Source of the DNA: a virus
Lineage: Duplodnaviria > Caudoviricetes
Reading direction: 5' to 3' (one strand)
Virus record (IMG/VR): IMGVR_UViG_3300020044_002572
Span: 1-33,028 of that record
Length of the DNA: 33,028 nt
In this document: positions 17,811 through 26,577 of the stretch, one piece after another
Position numbering within the stretch: position 1 is the stretch's first letter
How the letters are laid out: each line of letters begins with the position of its first letter
Translations under genes and position numbers: made by a program
Notes under the pieces: generated by a model
Seen by the model: the letters and a program-made list of their open reading frames with translations, nothing else
The model's database searches: none
What the model was told of the DNA's origin: nothing

Positions 17811-19049
17811 TTACGCAGCAACGCGGCAAGCAAGCTCGGGATACAGCGGCGCCCAGCCGTAGAGCACATCCAAACGAGTCGGGATTGAATCGTTATTTAT
17901 TGTGTACTGACGGACAACACGGATAGACATTCCCAGCTCTTTGTCGCTCGCACGACCAGCGAAGTGGACCCCTTCCGGCAGCTCAAGGTCAGCCATCGCA
18001 ACGGTAAACGCATTGCGATGCATAACAATGTTTTGCGGTGACACGGTGCCAGAGCTGTTAAAGAATGTAATAGCCGCGGTTGCGCTCGTGCTTGGAATGC
18101 TGACGTTTTGGAACTGGCCAGCAGTAATCACCGCAGGCGAAACAGTCACGCTAAACGAAGTGCCGGTGCCAGAAGCAGCAGTTTTCACAACGAAGTTACG
18201 CAGCTTGTTCGTGCCATACGCTTGACGATTCTGCGGGTTGACCGCATACACGCCAGCGATCTGGAAAGTGTCGCCAGCATTCAGCGAAACAGCACCAGTC
18301 GAAGTCAGCGTGATGGTCGAGGTCGAAGCCCAGCCGGTCGTCAAGAAACCAGTGGCGGTCGTGGTCGCGCAGACCGCGGTGCCAGCGAACGAACCAAATG
18401 TTTGCGAAACAACGTTCTGGTCCATCTTCCACTTCATGCCAGCGGAATCCGTACCCATCAGACCCTTCTGATACTGGTCAGAAATCTTTTGATTCGGCAC
18501 AAACAGACCTTTGAGAGAGTCAACAATCGTCGCGCTGGTGAACGGTTCAACGATGCACGAACGACGGCCATCACGCGGCGCACCTTCGCTGTCCAAATAA
18601 GCACCAGCGGTGAGGTAGGTCAGCAAGCTGGTCGGCGGCGTACCTGCAGTGCCGACGATGTTCGCGGTGTTGGCAGCAGCGGTAACCAAACCATCGCGGT
18701 CCAACTTATTTGCTATAGCGGCCACGGCCGGACGAAGCACTCGATCCGAAAACATATCGAGCGACAGCGCAAGATCCTGAGTCGTAAAGCTGGTGTCAAC
18801 GTGGAACTGAGTCGACAAAGTAACCGGCACGCTTGTCTCGTTGAAATCTTCAACGTTAAGAGCCGGACCAGTGGTGCCGATAAAACGACCCGGACGGCGA
18901 ACGTTTACAGTCGCGCCGATCTTGCCGCCAACAACCGCAAACTGATCATCGTAATTGCGATCAACTTCACCCGTAAAGGTCAATTCGTTTTCAAGCACCA
19001 TCAGTGCTTCATTCGTGATTTTGCTGATAGTCAGCAGATTATTAGCCAT
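17811..19049 (-). CDS. Major capsid protein, P22 gp5 family
   Basis: MANNLLTISKITNEALMVLENEL, KIGATVNVRRP, RLDVLYGW motifs; follows scaffold. Confidence 0.9.
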   Translation of the reverse strand: MANNLLTISKITNEALMVLENELTFTGEVDRNYDDQFAVVGGKIGATVNVRRPGRFIGTTGPALNVEDFNETSVPVTLSTQFHVDTSFTTQDLALSLDMFSDRVLRPAVAAIANKLDRDGLVTAAANTANIVGTAGTPPTSLLTYLTAGAYLDSEGAPRDGRRSCIVEPFTSATIVDSLKGLFVPNQKISDQYQKGLMGTDSAGMKWKMDQNVVSQTFGSFAGTAVCATTTATGFLTTGWASTSTITLTSTGAVSLNAGDTFQIAGVYAVNPQNRQAYGTNKLRNFVVKTAASGTGTSFSVTVSPAVITAGQFQNVSIPSTSATAAITFFNSSGTVSPQNIVMHRNAFTVAMADLELPEGVHFAGRASDKELGMSIRVVRQYTINNDSIPTRLDVLYGWAPLYPELACRVAA

Positions 19050-19070
19050 GATTGTTTCCTAAATAAAAGA

Positions 19071-19985
19071 TTATCGAATTTTTCCTGCCAGCCTTGCCTG
19101 CTTCCATGCTTGATAAGATCCGTGGAAAACTCCATCTGAGTTGACCTGCGTATCCATCGCACTTCCACCGCCCTTAATGGGCCTGATCGGTGCTGGCGCT
19201 CTTTGTTTCGTTGCAGCAGCTTTCGCCGGTTCTTTCTTCTCGAATCGCGCTTCCATTTTCCCAATCTCGCGCAGTGCAGTAATCGTGGACATTTCAGACA
19301 GCTTTTGTGCAAACTCTGGATTCTCGGCCAAGTGATAGAGCACCTGCGGCCCGACATCACTTTCTAGTATCGCATCCCGCACCTGGTCGCTGACAGCGAC
19401 ATCGCTTGATGCAACAACGTCCTCGAAATCCGGTAAATCTGCCTTCACCGCGGTGATCCGGTCAGTCCATTGTTTGATGGTTTGCTGACGTTCCGTTGCG
19501 GCTTTCTTTTCTGCCTCTTGCCGGTCACGATCCTTTAATGCTTTTTCTGCGGAAAATTCAGCCAGTGCGCGTGCATATTCAAACGCATCAGTGAATTGCT
19601 CGGGCTTCGGTTCAGCATCAGGATCAGCTGCCTTTTCGGGCGCTGCCTTTTGCTCATATTCCCGCAACCTTGCTTCGGCGCTCTCGCGGCCTGCGCGTTC
19701 CTTTGCTGCTTCGGCTTTCGCCTGTTCGCGCTGCTTTACGACTTCGCCAATCCGCTTCTCGATCTTGGGCTTGCTTTTCTTTTCCGGTTCGTCTGCTGCG
19801 GCCTCTTTCTGCTCAGGTTCGGCGTCTGCCTCAGATTCATTCTGACCCTCGTCCGATTTGACTGGATCCGCTTCAGCGGCCTCGGTCGGTTCGTCCTGGG
19901 CAGCTAAACCCATTCGCTGAGCATAAAATTCGGCTGCATTCTCACTGGTTAAAACGGTCGCTGCTTGTGTTTCTGATGCTGACAT
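19071..19985 (-). CDS. Scaffolding protein
   Basis: Acidic, coiled-coil, between portal and coat; APAPIRPI and basic C-terminal WKQARLAGKIR. Confidence 0.8.
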   Translation of the reverse strand: MSASETQAATVLTSENAAEFYAQRMGLAAQDEPTEAAEADPVKSDEGQNESEADAEPEQKEAAADEPEKKSKPKIEKRIGEVVKQREQAKAEAAKERAGRESAEARLREYEQKAAPEKAADPDAEPKPEQFTDAFEYARALAEFSAEKALKDRDRQEAEKKAATERQQTIKQWTDRITAVKADLPDFEDVVASSDVAVSDQVRDAILESDVGPQVLYHLAENPEFAQKLSEMSTITALREIGKMEARFEKKEPAKAAATKQRAPAPIRPIKGGGSAMDTQVNSDGVFHGSYQAWKQARLAGKIR

Positions 19986-20030
19986 GGAATTTCTCCAAGA
20001 AATAAGCCCAGTGAACCCACTGGTAGGTTA

Positions 20031-20059
20031 CTTCTAAACCCTTGATAAATTGCTGTCAA
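20031..20059 (-). promoter_or_regulatory. Possible sigma70 promoter for scaffold/coat
   Basis: TTGACA (20059-20054)-17 nt-TAGAAG (20036-20031); -10 imperfect. Confidence 0.4.
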
Positions 20060-22180
20060 TTATTGAATAAATGGGCTGGCACCTGCCGAAATATCCTCAA
20101 CCGCAATCTGCGCGGATTTCTGTTGTTCTGCGTTCCGGCGCTCAATTTCGGCCTCCAGGCGGCGCGTATCCATGTGGTGCAGCAACAGCTGCACGATGCC
20201 GTCTATTTCCGTCTTGTTCTGGCTGGTGATCGCCCGGGTGTTCTGGTCGTTGACCTTCACTTCGGCCATTGTTTCGGTGTTGTGTGCTTTTGCTGTCACA
20301 TCCATCAGCTTGCGTTGGGTTGCGCCATCTTCCTGCAGCTTTTTGACCGTTGCGTTATGCTGAATATCGAGCTTGAGTGCGGCATTCTCTTGCTGCAGAT
20401 CCAGCATTGCCTTTTTGCTCTGTTGCAGCTGCATCTGGATCTGTGGCGGGATTGGTGATTTGTCGTCGATCTGCGCCAGCGGATTAGCGGCAGCGAGCCG
20501 GTCGGCAATCACTTCGGCGCCGGGGAAATCCATGTTGCGGAATACCAGATCGCCAGCAATGTTGAACAGCTCAGGCTTTCCGGCCAGCAGCGGCATCATC
20601 GCTTCAACAGCCTGGATGCGCTTGCTGTTGTAGCCTGGACCCGTATCCATCACCACATCGTATTCGCCGACCGTAACGTCGTTCAAGACCTTGAGCACGC
20701 CCATTTCGTCCTGTTTACGCTCGTTGATCGTGACCAGATCCGGCTGGCCATCGGCGCCAATAATCCGCATCACGCGCTGTTCGTTGTAAATGTGCGGCGC
20801 CAAATCCAGAATAATCTGGCCAGTCTGACGTATCGAACGCGTCAAATTGTCATAAAAGTGGTAATTGTTCATGTCGATCTGTTGCTGCTGGCCGTTCAGT
20901 GCTTTGCCGGAGATGTTGCCCGGTATGTTGCTGGGATCAAATATCCCGAGCACCGTCTGCAGATCCTCGTTGATCGCCGCGGCTGCGGTCATCACGCCGG
21001 CTGGTGGCGGTTCCGGCTGCAAGCGCACAGGCACCGGCGCCGGCCGGCCGTCAATGTCCGTCTGTTTGTAGCGCAGCACCGGGTTGCTGGCAATATTCGC
21101 CCTGGTCCATTCGTTCTCGTGACCTTCGTCCTGACCTTCGGCCAGCAACCATTTAGCTTTGGGCGCCAGAGCAACCGATTCGGTCATGCTGGTGCGCCAG
21201 TAGTTATACATTCTGCTCGGATCTTTAGCGAACCGGACCAGACCGTATTTTTTGCGCTTGTCGTTGACGATCAGCTGGGCGCCGTAGACCGGCACAACCG
21301 GAATAAACCGCCCAGGCCAGATTTTCTCGTCCAGCACTTCCATCGCGGTGACTTTGCACCATTTAATCTGCTTCCTGAAGCTGTCGCGCTCGTCGACTAC
21401 CGTGATACCGGCCAGCGCCATCGCTTCGGCGCTCGGCAGCTCGTCCTTGAATACTGATGTGCCATCAGACAGCATTAGCAGCTTGGTTTTGACGCGCTCG
21501 GTGTAGAAATACTCGGCAATCCGAATATCCTCTTTGCTCACCCAATCAGCCCAGCTGTCACCGGTCGCGGTTGCTTTGAATTGACCGCCGTCGTCTGCAT
21601 CGGGATATTGCTTGTTGAATACAGCCTTTGGGATCATCGTGGTGATTAGGCATCGCTCGGCGTCAGATCCATCAGGCTGCGTGCTGTTGGGATCGAAATA
21701 GACGGTAAACGGGTTGTCGATCTGCCGGATATAGATCTCTTGGTCGAATGAATCCTCACGCACAAAGTCGGTGACGATTCTCCAATATCCCCAGCCCATC
21801 CTGACCGCGTAGTCGAATGCGGTGTCATAAGCGGTGTCTGCGTTGCTGTTGATCTCGATGTGACGTGTGATGCCTTCGAGCACCTCTGCGACCTTCTTAT
21901 CGGCTTGTGTATTGGTCGGGTGCACCTTAATCCGCGGTCGCTGCTGGCGTTGTTGGTTGGTGACCTGGCGAACATAGGCGTCGAGCTTGTTGATGGTCAG
22001 ACATGGCCGAGATTCCAGATTGCGGCTGTTCTGCGTTTCGACTGGCCACTGATCACCGGCGGCAAACTTCAGATCCTCCAGTGCTTCGCTGCGGTTTGTG
22101 CTCTCAGCAGTAGACACCAGGCGCAGGAATTCAATCGCATCAGTAATCCGTTTGTCGTAATCGTCACTTTGATAGGCCAT
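20060..22180 (-). CDS. Portal protein, P22 gp1 family
   Basis: 706 aa; EDLKFAAGDQW, RPCLTINKL, KDPSRMYNYW, ISGKAL; C-terminal Gln-rich helical barrel. Confidence 0.9.
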   Translation of the reverse strand: MAYQSDDYDKRITDAIEFLRLVSTAESTNRSEALEDLKFAAGDQWPVETQNSRNLESRPCLTINKLDAYVRQVTNQQRQQRPRIKVHPTNTQADKKVAEVLEGITRHIEINSNADTAYDTAFDYAVRMGWGYWRIVTDFVREDSFDQEIYIRQIDNPFTVYFDPNSTQPDGSDAERCLITTMIPKAVFNKQYPDADDGGQFKATATGDSWADWVSKEDIRIAEYFYTERVKTKLLMLSDGTSVFKDELPSAEAMALAGITVVDERDSFRKQIKWCKVTAMEVLDEKIWPGRFIPVVPVYGAQLIVNDKRKKYGLVRFAKDPSRMYNYWRTSMTESVALAPKAKWLLAEGQDEGHENEWTRANIASNPVLRYKQTDIDGRPAPVPVRLQPEPPPAGVMTAAAAINEDLQTVLGIFDPSNIPGNISGKALNGQQQQIDMNNYHFYDNLTRSIRQTGQIILDLAPHIYNEQRVMRIIGADGQPDLVTINERKQDEMGVLKVLNDVTVGEYDVVMDTGPGYNSKRIQAVEAMMPLLAGKPELFNIAGDLVFRNMDFPGAEVIADRLAAANPLAQIDDKSPIPPQIQMQLQQSKKAMLDLQQENAALKLDIQHNATVKKLQEDGATQRKLMDVTAKAHNTETMAEVKVNDQNTRAITSQNKTEIDGIVQLLLHHMDTRRLEAEIERRNAEQQKSAQIAVEDISAGASPFIQ

Positions 22181-22192
22181 GTTTTACCCTTT

Positions 22193-23467
22193 TCAATTCA
22201 TCCAGCTGCCCATTTGCAGCATTTCAGGCCGGCGCTTTTGCGCTCGGCGCGGTTCGTTGACCATCAGGCCGATATAACGAAATGCATCAGCGCCGTGACT
22301 GTATCCGTCGTGCAGCGGCATTTTGCTAAATCGGCCATCTTCGTCGACATCATAGCGATAATGGCGCAGGCACGAAATGCCGTCGGCGGCGTTCTCGCGG
22401 TCAAACCAGCAGTTTGGAAATATTGTCCTGGCGGCGTTAATGCTGTCCGGTATTGGCACCTTCGGAATGATCTTCACTTTGTAACCGGCGCCGCGCACAA
22501 TTTCCTCGATGCTCTTACCGTTTGCCGCCAGTGTCTTGTTCTCGGCGTCATGCGGTAGCCAGAGCGTGTCGTAGACGTAGCCATGCGTCTGCATCTGCGA
22601 TAGGTAGTGGCTGATCGTTTTCTGGTTGTCCTCCATGTAACGGATCAGTCTCGTTTCCATGCCGACAAACTGCAGGTACCAGATCGCGGTCGCGTCGGAC
22701 CACCCCAAATCGAAAATCGCATGAACGGGCTTGCTCGGATCGTAAGCCACCCGGCAGATCCTGCCTTCCAGCTCGGCCATCTGCATCTCGTTGGCAAAGA
22801 TGGCGCCGTCGACCGTCTGCCGGCAGATGCCCTCCCACACGGTGTTATAGGCGCTCATGTCGCGCTCGCGCAGTGCGTCTTTCTCTAAGCGTAGCACTTC
22901 TGGAAACCACGGATTATCTGACCAGTTGACCTTCACGCTCTGGCAGTCAGGAGGAGGATGCAGCACGAAGCGTTGATACGTTTCGTCGGTTTCCAGCTCA
23001 GGATTGAACGAAACCCAGATCTCGGATTTGTCTTTGCGGATCGTCGGGATCAGCACGTTCCAGCTCATGCGGCTGACGGTCTGCGCTTCTTCCACCCAGC
23101 AGACGTCCACACCTTCAAACGATTTTATGTTACTGATATTGTTTTTCAGACCGGCAAATGCAAACTCGGTGCCGTTCTTGCCACGAATGCTGGCCTGCGT
23201 GATCTCGTAAAAAGACAACAGATTAAGCGCCTCGATCTGATCACAGAGCAGCTTGTGCACGCTGTCCTTGATGCTGGTCTGGTATTCCCGCGCACACAAG
23301 ATCCGCATCGGTGATCTGGCGCCGAGAATCAGTAATGCCCTGGCAATGCCCCAGCTCTTAGCACCGCCGCGGCCACCCCAGCAGCATTTATACCGCGCTG
23401 GCTTAAACAGGAATTCCAGCTTTTCGGGGAATTCTGCTTTTGCGATTATTTCTTTAGGCTTCAGCAT
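22193..23467 (-). CDS. terL: Terminase large subunit (PBSX/Terminase_3 type)
   Basis: Walker A GGRGGAKS, Walker B WVEEAQ, SFNP, nuclease DLGWSD and HGADAFRY; ATG 23467 preferred over 23479. Confidence 0.92.
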   Translation of the reverse strand: MLKPKEIIAKAEFPEKLEFLFKPARYKCCWGGRGGAKSWGIARALLILGARSPMRILCAREYQTSIKDSVHKLLCDQIEALNLLSFYEITQASIRGKNGTEFAFAGLKNNISNIKSFEGVDVCWVEEAQTVSRMSWNVLIPTIRKDKSEIWVSFNPELETDETYQRFVLHPPPDCQSVKVNWSDNPWFPEVLRLEKDALRERDMSAYNTVWEGICRQTVDGAIFANEMQMAELEGRICRVAYDPSKPVHAIFDLGWSDATAIWYLQFVGMETRLIRYMEDNQKTISHYLSQMQTHGYVYDTLWLPHDAENKTLAANGKSIEEIVRGAGYKVKIIPKVPIPDSINAARTIFPNCWFDRENAADGISCLRHYRYDVDEDGRFSKMPLHDGYSHGADAFRYIGLMVNEPRRAQKRRPEMLQMGSWMN

Positions 23468-23804
23468 CGTTTTTAACAAACGATACTTGAATGCCTGACA
23501 GCAGCGGTGCGCCGTCTTGACCTGTTAGCTCTTGCTTAACGGTTTCGGACCATCGCATCTGCGCTTTCGTCCACCAGATCATTGCAGTGGTGTCGCCGCC
23601 CTGCGCCTTGTTGAATAGCGTATCGGCAATGCGAGCCGATGCCTGAGCCTTACCCATCTGCAAATCGTCAGGATAATGCTTTCGCAGCGTCACATCGCTG
23701 ATGCCGATCAGCGCCCCGATCTGCTCGTGCGGCAGTCCAAGACCGGACATTTCGCGCACTTGTTGGCGCGTTTCTTTCGTTGGTTTGTGTGATGGATTTG
23801 GCAT
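23454..23804 (-). CDS. terS: Terminase small subunit
   Basis: N-terminal HTH (LPHEQIGALIGISDVTLRKHY), AMIWWTK, C-terminal ELTGQDGAPL; overlaps terL. Confidence 0.8.
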   Translation of the reverse strand: MPNPSHKPTKETRQQVREMSGLGLPHEQIGALIGISDVTLRKHYPDDLQMGKAQASARIADTLFNKAQGGDTTAMIWWTKAQMRWSETVKQELTGQDGAPLLSGIQVSFVKNDAEA

Positions 23805-23829
23805 TTTCTTTTATTAGGGCAAAGTTCGC

Positions 23830-24732
23830 TTAATTTCTTTCCAATATTTTGGTCAATTTTTCATTGCCTGGAAACACCACATAATTGCTTGTGCCTTGAC
23901 CTCCTGCGCGAGAACCTTGATCCAAATAACGGATGCCGGGGATGCCTCTATCTTTTAATGTTGCAGTAATAGCATCAGGCGAAACTCCTAAATCTCGCTG
24001 CAATACATTATGCCAAGTAGATGCAAGTGGGTCAGCATCCATCCATTTTTGCAAATTAAAATTAGGAATTTCCGGAAATTTATTTGCAATTCCTTTTAAC
24101 GCCGCTTGCACTTCTTTACTTTGCTGACTCAGCGGCTTATCCCAATCCAGCATCTTCGCTATGTGTTCGTCGGGTAGGTCTACTTTGTATAGGGAGCCTT
24201 GGTTAATGTTGCCATCCTCAAGGCGTTTAATAACCTCTTTTCCATATTCTTGCGCTTCGGGCGTCATATATGGTTTGACGTTTGCCCTAGCCACCTCCAA
24301 TGCTTTTTCTGGTGTTTTGTAAAGCTGCAAATAATATGCCGCTTGACCCTCTGCGCCCTTACTGTAAACAATTTTCTTTTGATATTCTTTAGCCACTTCT
24401 GGCGCTTCAGCAAAATACAACCCATGCCCATAAGCCTGCGCCCCCTCGCCTGTACCAATTTTCGAAGCGTCAAAAGCATCAAATTTATGCGGGCTTCCAT
24501 GATAGACAATCTTGCCCAGCATCGCCGGTCCAAAATTCAACGCGTTATCAAATGCCTCGCTAATTGTTTGTTGCTGTTGCCCTGGTTGCATTTGTTGGTA
24601 TTGCGATAGCACTCGTGGAGGATTACGCAATGCTTGCGCCCATGCCTCTGGCGATACCAGATCACTGATCTTATTTTGCACACCTCTGCCCCATTGAGCA
24701 GAAGTGTCTAAAAGTTCAGCAAGTGAAGGCAT
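23830..24732 (-). CDS. ADP-ribosyltransferase-like protein (ART-PolyVal type), stand-alone
   Basis: YHGSPHKFDAFD..KIGTGEGAQAYGHGLYFAE, LYKVDL, GIPGIRY, NYVVF. Confidence 0.65.
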   Translation of the reverse strand: MPSLAELLDTSAQWGRGVQNKISDLVSPEAWAQALRNPPRVLSQYQQMQPGQQQQTISEAFDNALNFGPAMLGKIVYHGSPHKFDAFDASKIGTGEGAQAYGHGLYFAEAPEVAKEYQKKIVYSKGAEGQAAYYLQLYKTPEKALEVARANVKPYMTPEAQEYGKEVIKRLEDGNINQGSLYKVDLPDEHIAKMLDWDKPLSQQSKEVQAALKGIANKFPEIPNFNLQKWMDADPLASTWHNVLQRDLGVSPDAITATLKDRGIPGIRYLDQGSRAGGQGTSNYVVFPGNEKLTKILERN

Positions 24733-24869
24733 TAACGTTTCTTCTTCGCCGCTTCGCGTTTGACGGAATAAGCGATCGCCACGGCCTGTTTTATGGGTTT
24801 TCCGGCTTTCACTTCTGCCTTGATGTTTTTCTCAAACGCTTTCGGGCTGGTTGATTTCTTCAATGGCAT
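24732..24869 (-). CDS. Small basic protein (45 aa, MPLKKSTSPKAFEKNIKAEVKAGKPIKQAVAIAYSVKREAAKKKR), missing from ORF track
   Basis: Hand translation; GAGG RBS; TAATG overlap with ART gene; MPLKK..NI..E...GKP.KQAVAIA is a recurrent phage peptide. Confidence 0.8.
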   Translation of the reverse strand: MPLKKSTSPKAFEKNIKAEVKAGKPIKQAVAIAYSVKREAAKKKR

Positions 24870-25005
24870 GAGGTGCCTCTAAGTCGATGATGAGTGATTG
24901 ATAAGCGCCGATCGTCGCCTGGGCTTGAATCACAAAGACGTTTGCCTTTTGCAATTCAGCCTCAAGCGCAGTAATTTTCGCTTTGAGCGAATCAATCGTT
25001 ATCAT
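24832..25005 (-). CDS. Small coiled-coil protein (57 aa, MITIDSLKAKITALEAELQK...), missing from ORF track
   Basis: ATG immediately follows upstream stop; heptad pattern. Confidence 0.6.
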   Translation of the reverse strand: MITIDSLKAKITALEAELQKANVFVIQAQATIGAYQSLIIDLEAPHAIEEINQPESV

Positions 25006-25446
25006 TTATTGCTGTGCAACGTGAACAAGAGCAAATGAAATCACGAGAGCTTCCGACAATGACCCTGCACTGGCATTTGACACAGCGATGGTGAACGAAC
25101 CAGCCGCAACAGTAGCAATCGACAGCAGATAAGTGCCTGCCGTAGTCGCGCCGGATTTGATGGCAACGACCGGCACATCGTATGCAGAAACCATTGAATT
25201 CGTCACAATGAATGCGACTTCAGCGCCGGCAGCGAGTGCTGCATTGTTCATGGTGATCGTTCCGCAAGGCGCGTTGACGGTCACACCGGTTGATTTGCTA
25301 GTTGCTTGCGTCACAGCAGTCGGCACCGCGGTTGAGCTGCCGGTGTTGTAACCCATCTGGCCGGTAACGGCATTCACCAAAGAATTGTTTGCGTTAATAA
25401 TATCCTGATCTTGATACGCCACGCCTATTGCTTGAGAATTTGCCAT
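25006..25446 (-). CDS. Structural-type protein, stand-alone paralog of the C-terminal domain of 15174..15956
   Basis: Shared VTQATSKSTGVT, AALA, TAGxYLL, AGSLSEAxVIxFA. Confidence 0.75.
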   Translation of the reverse strand: MANSQAIGVAYQDQDIINANNSLVNAVTGQMGYNTGSSTAVPTAVTQATSKSTGVTVNAPCGTITMNNAALAAGAEVAFIVTNSMVSAYDVPVVAIKSGATTAGTYLLSIATVAAGSFTIAVSNASAGSLSEALVISFALVHVAQQ

Positions 25447-25455
25447 GATTTTTCC

Positions 25456-25713
25456 TTATTGAGTTACGACTGCACAAATATCCATTTCGGAGATAATCTG
25501 ATAATCCTGACCGTCGATATTATGCGTCGGCCACTTCAGATAATCCCCGTTTCCATACTTAATAAAATCACCGACTGATATTTCGGTTGCTTTTGGTCCT
25601 GTCGCCACCACGGTTCCCTCGTTAAAAGGTTCCGTGTTTTTAACAATCAGCACGCTCGACAGCTGTCGCACCAGTGGCTTGACGACGACCTTGTTACCCA
25701 TTGGCCGGATCAT
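25456..25713 (-). CDS. groES: Co-chaperonin GroES (Cpn10)-like
   Basis: MIRPMGNKVVVKP, GTVVATGP, ISVGDFI, IDGQDYQIISEMDICAVV align with Cpn10. Confidence 0.85.
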   Translation of the reverse strand: MIRPMGNKVVVKPLVRQLSSVLIVKNTEPFNEGTVVATGPKATEISVGDFIKYGNGDYLKWPTHNIDGQDYQIISEMDICAVVTQ

Positions 25714-25946
25714 GCTGCCACCTTCGCCGGCCGACCACGTTTACGCTGTGGGGGCGGCATCAATGTGATGGTAGTTGGCACACTGGTGCGAATCGGTTCC
25801 ATGCCGGCAATACGGACAAATTCACCGCACCAGTCGGTTTCGTGCTTGTTCTGCATTAACGGGAAACGTCTGCAGTTTCCCATTATTTGATGATTTCTAA
25901 AAAATCGACAAAAGCTACAATTTTCTATAATGTCAGATTCAGCCAT
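25710..25946 (-). CDS. Four-Cys protein (CxxC..C..WCGEF) with C-terminal AT-hook-like RKRGRP
   Basis: GGAG RBS before ATG 25946; CSFCRFF, NCRRFP, DWCGEF. Confidence 0.7.
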   Translation of the reverse strand: MAESDIIENCSFCRFFRNHQIMGNCRRFPLMQNKHETDWCGEFVRIAGMEPIRTSVPTTITLMPPPQRKRGRPAKVAA

Positions 25947-25973
25947 TTCAATTTCTCCCAATTGGCATGGTTA

Positions 25974-26006
25974 GAAAGCCCGGCATCTCAGAAGTGTCGG
26001 GCTTTC
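25974..26006 (-). terminator. Stem-loop / weak terminator
   Basis: GAAAGCCCGACA...TGCCGGGCTTTC inverted repeat immediately after stop at 26009; short U-run. Confidence 0.55.
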
Positions 26007-26008
26007 GT

Positions 26009-26197
26009 TTACTGGCAGGATTTACGGTCGTGCGAATAGCAAACAGACTCGCTGCGGCCGGTGTTGAATTGCTTGTCGGCGCCGGTCTTGTCTTGCATGC
26101 CCTGGGCAACACCGCCGCGCATCGGTTCGCTTTTGCTGCCGGTTTTGTCGGATGACACAACGCCAGCCGGCATTTTTGCATTATTCCCGTAAGCCAT
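26009..26197 (-). CDS. Hypothetical low-complexity protein (62 aa)
   Basis: AAGGA RBS; operon position. Confidence 0.65.
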   Translation of the reverse strand: MAYGNNAKMPAGVVSSDKTGSKSEPMRGGVAQGMQDKTGADKQFNTGRSESVCYSHDRKSCQ

Positions 26198-26208
26198 GAT
26201 GATTTTCC

Positions 26209-26577
26209 TTAATGAAGAAAACGAAGTTTGTAGAGTGTAGAGTTTATGAATTCTGCGATATTGTCGACCAGCTGGACCAGCTCAGAGTCTTGCGGTAAAT
26301 GCTTGCGAGATTCTTCGACAAAATCTTTTAAGCCGGTCATGTATTTGACTGGTTCGTCGATCGGCAGATGATAATCGGACGAATAATTGGTAATGAGTTC
26401 ATACCGACCCTGATAGTTTTCTGCAAAATCATCCACTCGGTCGATGATCTTGGTGTAGTAATCAAACAGTGCAGAGTGTGCAGAAAAACTATTGGTTTTG
26501 AGGTGCAATAGATGTGCGTTAGTGCCGCTATGCAGCAGCACTAAGACAAAATCAGCAACATCAGCAACATCAGCCAT
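26209..26577 (-). CDS. Ferritin/Dps-like four-helix protein (DUF5856 type)
   Basis: H..HL.T.SFSAHSAL..YY......D.FAE.YQG, C-terminal TLYKLRFL. Confidence 0.75.
   Translation of the reverse strand: MADVADVADFVLVLLHSGTNAHLLHLKTNSFSAHSALFDYYTKIIDRVDDFAENYQGRYELITNYSSDYHLPIDEPVKYMTGLKDFVEESRKHLPQDSELVQLVDNIAEFINSTLYKLRFLH

Noticed and set aside
18108-19139. 343-aa plus-strand ORF
   Set aside because: Antisense shadow of the coat gene; no RBS or recognisable motifs
20042-23498. Multiple plus-strand ORFs of 60-230 aa
   Set aside because: Antisense to portal/terminase in GC-rich sequence; no supporting signals
26551-26574. 9-bp tandem repeat giving MADVADVAD
   Set aside because: In-frame slippage duplication at a flexible N-terminus; no phase-variation potential
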